Shown: piece by piece, positions 13,753-27,130 of the stretch
Layout of the letters: the number at the start of each line of letters is the position of its first letter
How positions within the stretch are numbered: the first letter of the stretch is position 1
Assembly: GCA_964234715.1 (NCBI GenBank)
Contig: OZ174276.1
Source of the DNA: Podarcis melisellensis
Taxonomy: Eukaryota
DNA length: 64,000 nt
Reading direction: 5' to 3' (one strand)
The notes under the pieces: model-generated
The model's database searches: none
The model's input: the letters and a program-made list of their open reading frames with translations, nothing else
Told to the model about the DNA's origin: nothing
Program-made: the position numbers and the translations under genes

Positions 13753-14666
13753 TGTGGTTCGAGGACCCGACCCCGGTGAAGTGAAATGAAGACACAAGGA
13801 CACGTGATATAAGGTTAATGGGCTAGGAAAAGGCCACAACTTTATTGGTTACAGCATTTAAAAGGTATTGGCTTAGGCATTGGATCGAAACAAGTGGGTT
13901 CTTCACCAGTAGGTGGAGCCTGTCGATGCCAATCCGACTATAGGCTCACCCCTGCTGTCACCGAGGGTCGTGCCAAGGCCTCCCGCCAAGCAGGCATCGG
14001 ACGGAATACACGACCCCCAGATTCCTTTAACGGAATACCCCTAAAAATTGAAGGCATAGGCGATGGCCACACCTAGCACTTCCACACAGCGCAACACATT
14101 ATTCCAATGCCTAACCGCCACCCGAGCTAAAGGCTCGCCGCCAATACCCTCAAAGCTGCAACCAATCCCAGATGTTTTTAATGATACTAGCTAACCAGAA
14201 GTCATTCCCAAGATCTGATAGGTGGACACCGTCATCCCGGTATAAAGCTTTGTCGCTAATCCGGATACGGTCATGGTAAATCACTCGGCCATCCATAAAG
14301 CGCACCCAACGGGCTACCGCCCGATTTACGAGTTTCCTGGTTCTTTCAATGGCCATACAGTCTTGCGCACCGCGCCACACAGTTCTCTTCAAGAAGGAGG
14401 ACCAGCACACTGTTGTTCTGGGACACAGGGCTGCAAATGCATCCAAGTCTCTTTTTATGCTTGACAGCAAGTCCACACTCCTTTTGTTGCCAAGGTCATT
14501 CTCCCCTAAATGAATCACCAGGATGTCGGGAGAGCCGAGCATGGCTATTTTCACCGAGGGGGCGTGAGCGCCAGCCAGGTGAGTGGGCAGCAGGGGGCCC
14601 CGCCCCCTGCTAGCCGGAGCTCGAGCCCCGACCACAACCCCTCCCCTCCCCTTCGGGGAGGAGAGT
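13753..14666 (-). mobile_element. Retroelement 3' fragment encoding a truncated SGNH/GDSL hydrolase (probably tyrosine-recombinase DIRS/Ngaro type)
   Basis: ORF 14150-14635(-) with PDILVIHLGEND (block III) and DDGVHLS (block V); CpG-rich; AATAAAGTTGTGGCC downstream on the minus strand. Confidence 0.7.
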
Positions 14667-17497
14667 CTTTACAACAGCACTCTAAGGCCAAACTGGATGT
14701 CGTCAATGGAGGATTCCCTTTTGTTTGGCAGTCTCAGAATTGTGGCCTGTGGGTGTAGCAGGAATGATACACATTAGATGACAGTTTTGGTCAAAAACAG
14801 CCCACAACGTCATTGATTATACAGCAGGTAAGTGGGGTTGTCATGGCAGCAGAGTGAGGTTCATGCTATCATTCCAATCAGCTCAGCCCTTCCTGTTGGA
14901 ACTGTATTCCACTTCCCAATGTACCCTTTGAAACTGACCAGTGTTGCACCCAATGTGATGCAGGCCAAGCACCCAGGAGCCAACTTAGCAAATGTGGGAA
15001 GAGTTTAGGCAAGACTGCCCCCCACGCTTCTTACAGGAGCCCCCAATACCATTTTTTGTCACAAGAGAAGGATGCAAAGCAGCCTGAATCCCAGCCAGCC
15101 CAACTACTGCTGCAGCCAAACAAAGAGGCTGGAGCATAGGTTGCCAAGTCAAGGCATCATTGCCCATTTTGAGCAGCTGCACACCAAATGGGTGGAAGAC
15201 CCTTGATGACCCTTTGCTGGCCACACCACCCATGCTTGGGTCACATCTAGGTTAAAGATATTGCAGCACACTCTTCCTGAGGCTGCCTTTGAAAAACGTC
15301 TGTAGGCTTCAGCTGGTGCAGAATGCTTCAGTTAGAGCGTCAAATGGGTTCTATTTTGTGGAGGACGTTGCTCTGATCATTATCTGATCTTCCTTAGCTC
15401 CTGCTGTGTGTTCCAAGCCCCATGCAAAGTGCTGGTTGTCACACTTCCAACTGGGACTTCAGGAGCTGCCTTCTCCCACATTCTGATGTCTGATGAAGGC
15501 TGTTCTATTCTGGGAGTGAGAAGTTGTCTACCCCACCACTGACTTGCTACTTTGTTGTTGTTTCTTCCTGCTGCTTCTTAAAATTCTGGTTCTTGATCTT
15601 GCGCTGTCTTGCTAAACACTGTTGATTATTTTAGTGTCGTTGTTTTGCTATATTTATATGGTTTTATTCTATTGCATTTTAATTGCAAGTTGCTTTGTGA
15701 GCCCCATCATCTGAAAAAGCGGATCTTAAATTTACATATAAGGCTGCGCACATGCCAGACATTTAGGGTGGAATTCAACATAGTGTTAAGTGGGGTATGT
15801 GTGCACAGAACAGGGTCTCTGCATGGAATGAGTCTCTCCCCTCCCCATGAACCCTGTTTTGTGAGTGGCCCTCATTCCATGCATGCAACTACTTAGTTGA
15901 ATCCTGCCCTTAAAGGACATTACCTCCTCCAAAGAAACCTAGGACCTGCATTTTGCTAAAGTGGCTGGGAATTGCAGTTCTGGGAGGGATAAGCCAAAGT
16001 TCTGGGTTTGTTTGTTTGTGGGGTGTGGGAACTCATGCACTTTAAATGTATGGTGTGGAAGCGGCCTAAAGAAATAAAAAGCCGTGTCACTGAAAAATTA
16101 AAGCTGTCTTCCAAGGGCCATGTTCCAAGATGGCAACTTTCCAGGGGCCGTGTGCCAGTTGATGGGAAGAGCCAGAGGCAAAGACGTGTGGAGCAATGGT
16201 TGTGATTCTCATAATTATACAGTAGGCTACACTGCATCCATACAAAAGTCAGAAGTTTCTATGCCTCCACCCACAAGCACCTAGACAACATCTCATCCTT
16301 GAGTGTGGTAAGCACAGTTCTGGGATGCATTCCAGCCAAAACACTGAAAGAGGGTGTAGAGCAGGGCTGGTGAGGGGGCTAGGAAGAGTCCCAAGAGCCA
16401 GATGTTCAGCGCCTAGGCCTGGGGTTGCCCACTTCTGGGTTAAAACATGCCCAACTAACTTTTCCAATATGGGAGCCAAGAAGAAACAGCAGGAGGCACA
16501 CAATTGTCACCCTGAAAGATGAATGGAAATACTCGCAAATGTTCAAAATGAAATGAATATTTCAGTTTTACTGTTTGTATTGTATGCTTGACTTTCTGAA
16601 TCAACAAAACAAACACATGGTTTTAAAACAAATCTTTTAAAAAATGGCAAAGAAGACTGCTTGCAGCCTAATTTGTTCTTGAAAGTTTTTGTTCCAAAAC
16701 ATTTCAAATAACAACCATTGTTCCATTAAATAGTATTTCTAAATGACTCAGAATAAGTACAGATTGTGATGGCTATATTTCAAATCCTATAAAACCAGTC
16801 AGTCATTGTAGTATTTCTTCCAGTAGAACACAATTGCCGTTGCTGCTACCAAGAGATTCATAAACAGTTTTAAATCTATTATAAGCTGTATTGTCCTAAT
16901 AACCTAAAAAATACATTGAGTGGGATATTTTCTATCCTGTTATCTGTGGATGGCAGTGAGGTTAAGGAAGGTCTCTGGTGCTTTCCCATCCTCTTACCTG
17001 CTTTTAAATGGTTTTGAGGGAAATTGACAGGATAGATTTACACCAAGTTCAGGGACATGTCAGAGTATTGAGAAAGCTATGGATCTTTTGGATTCATGCT
17101 TTTCCCCAGTATGCCCATAAAACACAATGTCATCCACCACACCCTTTTTGGTCCTACTGATGTCAAAGCTAGGGTTCTAAGAGGACCAGATATGTGGATA
17201 TTTCCTCTGTGCTGGGGATCCAATATCTAAATATCCCTTTCCAACATTGTGCCTCTGTCTCTCCAATCGTTAAGAAGGAGATAGGGTGTATGCTATGCCC
17301 CTTGAGATGCACTGGAAGAGGTCATAGGATTGCAGCCCAAGTCCATTTAGTTGACTTCAATGTTGGCATGAACACCTTCTGCAAACTGATTGTCAAGCTC
17401 CTAGTACAGCTCCATGGACTGTGCTTGGTTTCGTGGGCAGTCGGTGCCAACATGCTTTAGTACACCAGAGGAGACTCTCAATTCTAAGCCAATAGAC

Positions 17498-17633
17498 CAG
17501 TGTTTCCCAACCTTGTGCCTCCAGCTGTTTTTGAGCTACAACTCCCATCATCCCTGACTAGCAAGACCAGTGGCAAGAGATGATGGGAATTGTAGTCCAA
17601 AAACAGCTGGAGGCACAAGGTTGGGAAACACTG
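17498..17633. mobile_element. hAT-type palindromic MITE
   Basis: CAGTGTTTCCCAACCTTGTGCCTCCAGCTG TIRs, perfect 8-bp TSD CAATAGAC. Confidence 0.9.
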
Positions 17634-18581
17634 CAATAGACTAACATTAAATAATATTTGAAATCATGTTTGAACATCCAGCAGCTGAATACTGGGGTCA
17701 CCTTTCAAATCTAACGTATTGAAGGAATATTAATTTGGCTTTGACTATAATTTATGGATTGACCTCCAAAGGATGCCTCTGATTTTGCCTGGTTGGCTAG
17801 AATGGCTACCGATTTCCTATGAATGCACCCTTCAACCAACATTTACGGGGAGTGATTTTAGATCTTGCACTCATTTACTCCAAAGAACTATTGATCCACA
17901 ATGGTGAGATTCTCCAAACTGCCAGCTTTATCTCTGTATGATAGGTCTGATGCAGAACAAGAAGATTAGAACTGCAAAAAGTTTACTTATACATTCTTAG
18001 CACAAGCAATCTTAACACCAGAAGAATCAGCAGGAGGAGTGATATGAGCTGTGCAGGAAGACTCGGTCCCACTCAGACTCTTGAATTTATGCTAGTCTTT
18101 CTTCCCACAATCTGAGTTAAACCTTTACTAAAACAGAGTGTTGGTACTCTGCTTTTTCTGTGGAAACTACCAGAAACCCCCAAATTGAATTTCCATCCCT
18201 TGACATTTTGCATTATTAGGCTAGGTTCACCTGAACTTTGGAGCTGGACATAGATATGCATAATTTCACTTGAAGCTTTGACTTTTCCTATGTAACAATC
18301 ATCCATGCATATAAAAGTGCTTGTCTCTCTCTACCTTCCGACAAAACACCACCCTCATTATTCTTAATTTTAGACCCAAGATGTCCCAGCAGTAACCACA
18401 AGAGTTAGCCAAGCATGTCAACAGGCCTTTCCTCTTCTTGCCTACATATATCAAGTTCCATTTTCTTGTTTCAGTCACCTATGACCTTTAAAACCTATGT
18501 CAACCTGCTTGTCAAAAGTATAGTTTTCAAGAAAATAGCAAGCCCAATCTTAGTGATTCCAATGGGCTACAATCTGTATAT

Positions 18582-19180
18582 TGTCATGGACTGGCTGAAT
18601 ACAGAGGAATGCTGGGAAGCCACAGTTGGGGAACCTCTAAGGGGAGAACGCTCAGAGCTAGGAGACTGGTGGTGGGATAATGATGAGTGGCCAGAGGGGG
18701 AAGATTGGGAGCAGGAGGTATATGAACCTGAAGAGATAACAGGGCTTAGTGAGCAGAGAGAGTCTGTGGCAGAGAGAAGTCTAGAATCAGAATCAGAAGT
18801 GGAAGCAGGGGAAGAGGGAGGCCAAGAGGCAGAGATGAGTTAGGCTGGTAAAGAAGCCCTGGTGTCTCCTGCTCCTACGGTGACAAGCTCCCTTCCCCAC
18901 TTGTTTCCCAGGACCAGGTGAGGTATGAAGCTGGAAGAGCAGAGACAGGTGTGTCAGCGTAGCTGCAGATTGCTTGGGAAGGACCTTGGAGAGGAGGAGA
19001 CTTAGGCAGCTGTGGGAAGGTGGGGACCTTCAGTCTCCATAGCTTCCTCCTAGGGACATGACCTACCAAGAAGAGTAGCTGTGCTCATTAGGTCTGGCAC
19101 TCCTGGGCAGACCTTGTTTCTTCTAATCAAGAGTTAGCGTCACTTACTTTGTGTGATTTATTGCTGGCTTGATCCTGACA
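18582..19180 (+). mobile_element. Solo LTR related to 12395
   Basis: TGTCATGGACTGG...CCTGACA, TSD TATAT/GATAT. Confidence 0.75.
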
Positions 19181-20006
19181 GATATTCAGATTTTAGCATA
19201 ATGAATAAACATGCCCCCCTCTCTCTCTCTGTGTGTGTGTGTTACACACACTGCTACCAAGAAATATAGATGTACTTCTTTTCAAAAGTACGGTTGAATG
19301 TAAGTATATTCAGATGCTTAAGACACACAGAACGCTGTCCTTGGTAGTTTCTTTCTTTCTCTGTGTGTATTTGCTCGCTGTGTGTTTGGCAGCTTCGTCT
19401 CCTAACACAAAGTGTTGCAAATCCTGTTTCACAGCATGCACGAGCAATTTCCATCTGTTGGTTGAGTATATGTACATAGCTCCCCCCTCCTCAATGCCCA
19501 CTGCTTCTCTGTGCCAGAACCCTGCCAGCTATATGAACTGGGCAAGAGCATGCCAGGGAGTTCTTTCCAGCTCTTGGACTTTCAGACCCAATTTTGGTTC
19601 TGTCATTACTTAGTTTTCCTTCAATGCATTTTTACATCTCGCTGGTTCTGGAGTGTGTTTAATGGAGCTTTCCACAGCGGTGTCTATACATAGAACTGCC
19701 AAAGTCATCTTCTTAAATACACTTCACAGAGAGGAGAAGAAGGTTCAGATCACTCACATTTTGTACCAACAAGTCTTTTTTAAAACATCTTCAGTCACCG
19801 AGGGAGCATGCCATGAGTATGGGCACAAAAATCCACCAAGAAAATGTCTTGTGCACACTCCATTGAAATGAATGAGAATTGAACATGAACCCTTGCACAG
19901 CTCCTGTTAATTTCAGCTCTTAGTGGTGGCACCCAAGCTGTAGAATGCGCTCCTAAAGGCAGCTTGCCTAGAAACTACATGGCCATCTTTTCAGCACCAG
20001 GTTTAA

Positions 20007-20007
20007 A

Positions 20008-20070
<63 letters not shown>
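20007..20070. repeat. (AAAG)n microsatellite
   Basis: Direct reading. Confidence 0.95.
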
Positions 20071-20071
<1 letters not shown>

Positions 20072-20189
20072 GTTCAGTCTTAGTTTGATCTGTTTGTACT
20101 CTACTATTTCATTTTTTTCTTGATGCATTTTTGTATTTTTGATATATTTTTTTATTTGAAATTTGTGACACCTTTGGTAAAGGCTGTTC

Positions 20190-20415
20190 TCCAGCTGGAG
20201 AGCTCACAGGCAAGTGTTTACCAATTGCTGGTGTTTATACTACATTTTTAAAAAATTGCCTTGAGACAGTCTTTTGTTGACCACTAGTATTATACTTTCC
20301 ATTTTTAAATTCAGAATAGAGTAGCTGCTTTGGAAGACGATAATCAGGCATCTGCACAACATGACCAGTCCAACGAAGTTGATGTTGAAGAATCATTGCT
20401 TTGACACTGGTGATA
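20190..20415 (-). mobile_element. RTE-type LINE fragment
   Basis: QLRWTGHVVQMPDYRLPKQLLYSE. Confidence 0.8.
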
Positions 20416-22869
20416 TAGTTTTCTAAAGGATAGGAGGACAATTTATAAAAAAAATAAGAATAAAATATTTAAATCTCCCCTAATAACACAAATGGATTCT
20501 CTCCAGACACCCCTTTGTTCTCTTGATGCGATTGGAGAGGTCACATGTGATCTCACTTTCAAAACTATTTGTGCCTACAAAAAAATGGGTTGGTCACACT
20601 GTGCCACTTCCAATCAGTACAAATCTGTAAGTTATGGCAGAAATCCAGCAAAAACTTTATACCACCAATGTTCCTGGTTTATTTTTGTCCCACTTTTGTT
20701 GCACTATAGCCCTTCCAAACAGCAATAATGTGGGAGTACAGGGGAAATATCACAGAACAAATTGAAAGCAGAATAAATCTACCAATGATGCACTATTATT
20801 GTGTTAAGAACACATTGCACAATACACCCACAATAAAACACCCATCTGGAGGTGCCCAATAAAATGGGATAAAAGTATCAATGTTAGATTTCAGTTCCAG
20901 TTTATCATCTGCACTCCGGATCAATTCAAATACAATTTGCAGTGAGTCAGCGGAGACCTTACTAAAAAGGAATGTTTTGCAATATTTCCATAGTTGGACA
21001 AACTCAGTCCTTCCTTAGGAGCTGTGGGTCATATACTAAAAAAATAACAGTTCTGGTGTGAGTAAGCCCAGCTCTGTGCTCAGAACAGTTAGTTTCTTTA
21101 TCTTATTTTATATCATGTATTCTGCTTCCAAGACTTGAATTTTCAAGGCTTTTTACTTGTTTGTTAAGGGTTTCAGTTGCAGGGAAAACTGAAAAAGGAA
21201 CACGGTATGATTAATAAGTTCTTTGATGCAAGTTGGTTAAAAAAAACATTGCAACACAGTGGATTCTATTGCAATTTTATGATGAGTGAAAATATTTTAC
21301 AAAGTTAGGGTGGGAAACACAGTTTCGTAAATAATGTGCACTTGCATAGATCAAGTGGCTTAAAAAAGAAGCTGATTAATGTGTGATAAACATTTTTTTT
21401 TAAAGTGATATTGCTGAAAAACTAAAATTTGCACCTAGTTTTGACTAGAACAAACTTTTAACATAACTCTCGCTTCAAGCATGGCAAGATAAGAAAAATG
21501 GCTCTTATCGTGGTTTTATGGCATCTGTCTTGATCCATCAGTTTTTGATATAAATTTTGACATAAAATATAACAGAAGAGAATAAAAGCCTAATATAGCC
21601 ATCTTCTTCTTCATCATCAAGTCTTGTTTTATGGTGGTGTTCCTGGCTCCTGACCAAAAGGAACAAGTTTATGGCCATACTTCATAAAAGCTCAGAGATA
21701 TTGGACAATATAGACAAAATATATGTGCATCGAAATATACCACTTCAGACCAAACAATTTGAGCCATCCCTTCTTTATGCCTAGCCATATATTTTTTTCA
21801 GAACCATAAATCTATAAACTATATGTAACAGGTAGCTCTGGTTGAATGATATTCTGAAAACATAAACTAAAACTTCTACATCAAGTACAGTTCATTACAA
21901 ACATAGGACTTGGCTTGTAACCCTGTGCTATACCTCTGCTCTGAGAAAAATGGAAAATAGAAACTTGCTCTATTCCTCGCTTTCATTTGCAATGTAACTG
22001 CTTCACCAAGCTGGGGGTAGCCGTGGGACAGAAAGGGGAAGGCATAACCTTTCAGGAAGTGGGGACAAGAGAAATGTACCTGCTACCTTCCTCTAGAGAC
22101 GACTTATTCCTACCATCCTGAAATTCACAAGAAATTGTTCAACTGTTTCTTCATCTGACCATTCTGTTGACACAAGAAGGGTGATAAAAGTATTGTAATA
22201 GTGTTGATTTAAATAGTGAAGATTTATTTAAAAATACATATTTTTTACTTCAGATTAATCAGTAAATCATATTGCTCCCAGAAGCATCTCAAATCTCCTA
22301 TTATAAACTGCTTCCTGTGACCTGTTTGGAGAACTGATCTGCCTTTCTCTTAAGCTTATGGTCTATGCACTATGTTGCTGCAGGATGAATAAATGAATGA
22401 ATAGTATTTAAAGAAAATGACCGTTACTAACAATAACCTGCTTTAAAATCCTTGTTTTCACACAAACAGGGGCATTGCTTTGATTTACATTTTTTGCTGT
22501 GCAAATGAGACTGATCCCAGTGTTGAATTTCACTAGTTTACTGGTACTGTTTCTCAAGCAAAACTCTTCAATGGTAAAATCCTGTCCCCCCACTCCCTCA
22601 TGGCCAGTCATTGTTAAAACTGTGCATTTGCTGTTATTGCAACAAACTTTATGTTAATATACTTTAAGCAAATTAGTGCTACATGTTATAAAAATTTGGA
22701 GACAAAGAATTGTATCCAATATTAATCATACACAAACCCACTGTAATGAATATACAGTACATGACTAACTTTGGTCAATTGATTTAATCACAGAATCATA
22801 GAATTGTAGAGTTGGAGGGGATCCCAAGGGTCATCTAGTCCAACCCCCTGCAATGCCGGAATCTCTTTT

Positions 22870-23270
22870 TTAAATAGCATTTTATTAATTTTTCAACAAA
22901 AACAAAAACAAAACAAACAACAATAAAAGCAAAAGCAAAAACAAAGCAAAACACATTGACTCCCTCCTATTTCCTTCCTTGGTTCCATGGCATATCAATG
23001 TATTACATGTCCATTATAAAGTTTTAACCATCTGAATTACTTATTTTCCATTCATAATAAAATTACAAGTAATATTAAAACCCTGCCAATGTATTAACCT
23101 GTGTACATTGCTTCTGTATATATGCAGTAAAGTCCTTCCATTCTTCCTTAAATTCATTGTTGTCTCTTCCTCTTAATTTCATTGTCAATTCTGCCATTTC
23201 AGCATATTCCATTAATTTAACTTGCCAATCTTCTTTAGCTGGGACACTTTCTTCTTTCCAGCAATGCAGC
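22870..23270 (-). mobile_element. L1/Tx1-type LINE 3' fragment
   Basis: WKEESVPAKEDWQVKLMEYAEMAELT...EWKDF; minus-strand AATAAA and A-rich tail. Confidence 0.65.
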
Positions 23271-24562
23271 AATCTCAACAAAAGCATCCATGACAGATGT
23301 CCATCCATTTGGTGGATCTTATTGACATCCAACACCCTTTTAGAATGTGGCTTTGTGTGGGGGGGGGGGAGGTTATTGGGTTACTGCTTTTGGTTTGATT
23401 TTATATGTTGTGGTCTTGTGAGACCTCCGGGTATAGGGCAGTGTATAAGTTGAATAAATAATAATAATCCAACCCTTTCTTAAAAACTTCCAAGGAAGGA
23501 GCGTCCACAACCTCAGCAGGTCTAACCTGAACAGCCAAAAAACAGGGATAGAAAAGTGATGAGTAGCATTTTATGTATGTTATATAGTACTACCTTTTAA
23601 AAAGGCTACATAATTGACCTATAGAACAGATTGTGGTGAGTGTATGATGAAAGACTTCAGCATCTCTCAGCAGGTGGGACAAGTCATCTAAATAAAACCA
23701 GGGCCGCTTGTAGTTTTCATGTTCAGCAAGACTTTTGCCTAAATAAAACATGAACAAGAATACTTGGATTGCTTCCCTATGCTTTGAGAAAGCAACATAC
23801 AAATATGAAAACTTGCTTAGCCAGCTTTCTGGTTTACTAATAGAGTGAGAAAAGGGTTTAATGGAAAACCTTAGCATCTAAAAGCTAAGGAACAAAGCCG
23901 CCACAGACATGTTAATGGTGTTTATAATAGGCAGGCTGAATTACATGGAATTATTTCCCCCCCCCCCCAAGAAAGCCTGGGACTGCATTTTTTATCACTG
24001 CTATAAATCTAAAGAGACAAGACGAATGGTATCAAGGGGTAAGTAATATTATTGCATTAGGCTGGTTGTACCCAGTCCCAACGCCCAGTTCTTTACAGAA
24101 CCTCTTTTGACTCATTTCAAAATGAGCAAAATGTTTGACAAAATATTTCCAAATGTCTGTAGCAACAACCAGCAATTAATTAGTGAAGTCTTCTTTCCGC
24201 AGATAAACCCTTTTTTGTGGATAGCTGGGAATGGAGATGGTCAGAGGGCTAGGAAGTGAAATCAATGGAATCAAGTCAAGAGACTGTGACACATGGAGAA
24301 GTACAGTAAGTGTGAAGGGCTTTGCCCAAAGCTGCTGGTGGCATGAGAAGTGGTAACGGATACCCCATGTAGGAGCTGCTGGCAAAACAAAATGCTGCAG
24401 AGGATCCTGAGAACTGAACTCACTTGCTCAAAGGTTGCATTAAATTAACCTCTGGACCTCAGGGTGTAACTGAATTCAGGGCAGGGATCCATCTTCTTGC
24501 AAAACTATACAAATAATAACTTAAGGGCAGAATTTAACTATGTTGTTGTATCCAAGGGATGA

Positions 24563-25299
24563 TGTCATGCGTCCAAGTTCCCGGCTTGATAACACAGCAA
24601 GAATCAATAATTACCGTATTTTTTGCTCTATAAGACTCACTTTTTCCCTCCTAAAAAGTAAGGGGGAATGTGTGTGCGTCTTACGGAGCGAATGCACAGC
24701 TATCCCAGAAGCCAGAACAGCAAGAGGGATTGCTGCTTTCGCTGCGTAGCGATCCCTCTTGTTGTTCTGGCTTCTGAGATTCAGAATATTTTTTTTCTTG
24801 TTTTCCTCCTCCAAAAACTAGGTGCGTCTTATGGTCTGGTGCATCTTATAGAGCAAAAAATACGGTAAAAAGAGGTTTATTGTGAAACAAAAAGATCACT
24901 CCGGACGGCTGTAACACCGCCTCTGGCATCATCAATCACGACCCTTCTGAAATCCGCTTCCGGCGTGATCAGAAGCAACTGTACTTTTGCTTCTGACATC
25001 TTTTGTTTTGTTTCTGGTCTAACAGCCTGCCCCTGAGCCGATCCAAACTTCTTCCTGGTCTGACAGGCTACTTCCTTCTCTGTTCCCACCTAATTGAACT
25101 TCCTGAGAACTGGTTCCAGTCCATTCCAGTCCTCCCCTTATCATCCTGCATTCCAAGGGGTGGGGGAGTTAGCTCTCTCTGCTGTTCATCCTGCATGAAA
25201 GTTAACCCTCTCTGTTCCTGGTTGCTTCCTGCAGTTGGCTGTAAGATACCACTGAGAGCTGGCTGCAAACCCTCAGAGGGAGCTGGCTCATTCCTGACA
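24563..25299 (-). mobile_element. Solo LTR interrupted by a MITE
   Basis: TGTCA...TGACA termini, GATGA 5-bp TSD, TTTATT (minus-strand polyA signal) near 24877. Confidence 0.8.
24614..24865. mobile_element. Tc1/mariner-pogo-type MITE
   Basis: TIRs CCGTATTTTTTGCTCTATAAGA, TA TSD. Confidence 0.85.
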
Positions 25300-25499
25300 G
25301 ATGAGGTCCACTCACACAATGACACTTTCTCCTCACTCTTCTTTCCTCACATGCTCAGGAGGGTTGGGGGAACTCTTGAACTTGTTTATGGAGCAAGTGG
25401 GAGAAGTGTGGGGGCAGAGAGGGAGCAAATGTCCCACACTGTGGATGGACCTTGTTCTAAGTGATGTACCCAACTTGGTGCTGTGTTGAAATCCACTTA

Positions 25500-26087
25500 C
25501 CGTATTTTTCGCTCTATAGTACGCACCTGACCATAGGACACACCTTGTTTTAGAGAGGGAGAACAAGAAAAAAAATTCTCCCCCTCTCTGCTCAGAGCCC
25601 CTTCAGTGAAGCAGCAGGAGAAACGGAGCCTCTTCCATTTTTCCTCCCACTTTGCTGAAGGGGCACAGCGCAGTTCTCCCTCTCTGCTGAAGCCAGGAGA
25701 ATCTTCCTCTCCCGGCTTCAGCAAAAGGAACCCGAAGCCTCTGGAGCTCAGTGCGAGTGCCTGCTGCACTCCAAAGGCTTCAGGGATAGCCGCCTGAAGC
25801 CTTTGGAGGGCAGCGGGAACTCGCCCTGCACTCCGAAGGCTTCAGAAGCTATCCCTGATGCCTGGAGAGCGAGAAGGGTCGGTGGGCACCGACCCCTCTC
25901 GCTCTCCAGGCTTCAGTGAAAGCAACGCGAAGCCTCCGGAGCGCGGAGGGAGCGCTCCCTCTGCGCTTCGGAGGCTTCGCGTTGCTATCGCTGAAGCCAA
26001 GGAGCCTGCATTCGCTCCATAGGACGCACACACATTTCCCCTTAATTTTTGGAGGGGGAAAGGTGTGTCCTATAGAGCGAAAAATAG
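25500..26087. mobile_element. Tc1/mariner-pogo-type MITE, longer member of the 24614 family
   Basis: TIR CCGTATTTTTCGCTCTATAG, internal GAAGCC/GGCTTC palindromic repeats. Confidence 0.8.
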
Positions 26088-26189
26088 TACTTATTATTGC
26101 TATGATAGCATACAATGCTGTTCTTTGCACTCACTTCAGTTGGGTAGCACCAGAGCAGTTCCTCTGGATTATGTCACCATGTTTTTTTA

Positions 26190-26211
26190 AATAATAATAA
26201 TAATAGTAATA

Positions 26212-26255
<44 letters not shown>
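26190..26255. repeat. (AAT)n microsatellite
   Basis: Direct reading. Confidence 0.95.
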
Positions 26256-26568
26256 TTTTATTTATATCCCGCCCTCCCCAGCCGAAGCTGGGCTCAGGGC
26301 GGCTAACAACAGTCAAAATAGTTCAACATTCTAAAAACATTCATTATAAAATTAATTAAAATCAAATTAATGGCAACCATCAAGCAAAATTCTGTGTAGG
26401 TTGCCTGAGGAGGGGGTCAGGATTTGTCTAATAGCATCTGTTGATTTTATTTTTTGGGAGAAAATAATTGTTTGCTTCTGCCTCTCCACACTTCTTGCAG
26501 CTCTTGCCAGCTCCATCTTCCCACTGAAATCTATAAATACTGAGAAAGCAATTACTATAACTATAACT

Positions 26569-26621
<53 letters not shown>

Positions 26622-26624
<3 letters not shown>

Positions 26625-27130
26625 TTTCGTAGATTTTCACGGGTACAGGAATGCAGGTTTTGGTGTCCTCGGGTGTCTTCCCGTGTAAAAGTTGGGGTGT
26701 CTAGGCGACGTTTCGACGAGGTCTCACTCGTCATCTTCAGGCTGGTGCTTTCGGCTTCTTGTTACTGGAACAGAGCAGGATCTCAGTGTTTGAGTTCCTA
26801 TAAATACTGTTGAGGGGGTGTGGTGTATAGCCTCCAATGTTCTGGGCAGAGAGGAAGTTCCCAGGCTAGTGTGCCTTGTTCTAATTAAGGAACAAAAGAA
26901 GAAAAGGCACACTAGCCTGGGAACTTCCTCTCTGCCCAGAACATTGGAGGCTATACACCACACCCCCTCAACAGTATTTATAGGAACTCAAACACTGAGA
27001 TCCTGCTCTGTTCCAGTAACAAGAAGCCGAAAGCACCAGCCTGAAGATGACGAGTGAGACCTCGTCGAAACGTCGCCTAGACACCCCAACTTTTACACGG
27101 GAAGACACCCGAGGACACCAAAACCTGCAT
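26622..27130 (-). mobile_element. Penelope-like pseudo-LTR palindrome, same family as 54788-55986
   Basis: 227-bp inverted arms at 26651-26877 and 26904-27130, tail on the left arm, embedded in (TA)n. Confidence 0.88.
27037..27078 (+). ncRNA. Minimal type I hammerhead ribozyme motif (antisense copy at ~26703-26744)
   Basis: Same core: CTGAAGA at 27041, GAAA at 27067. Confidence 0.7.
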
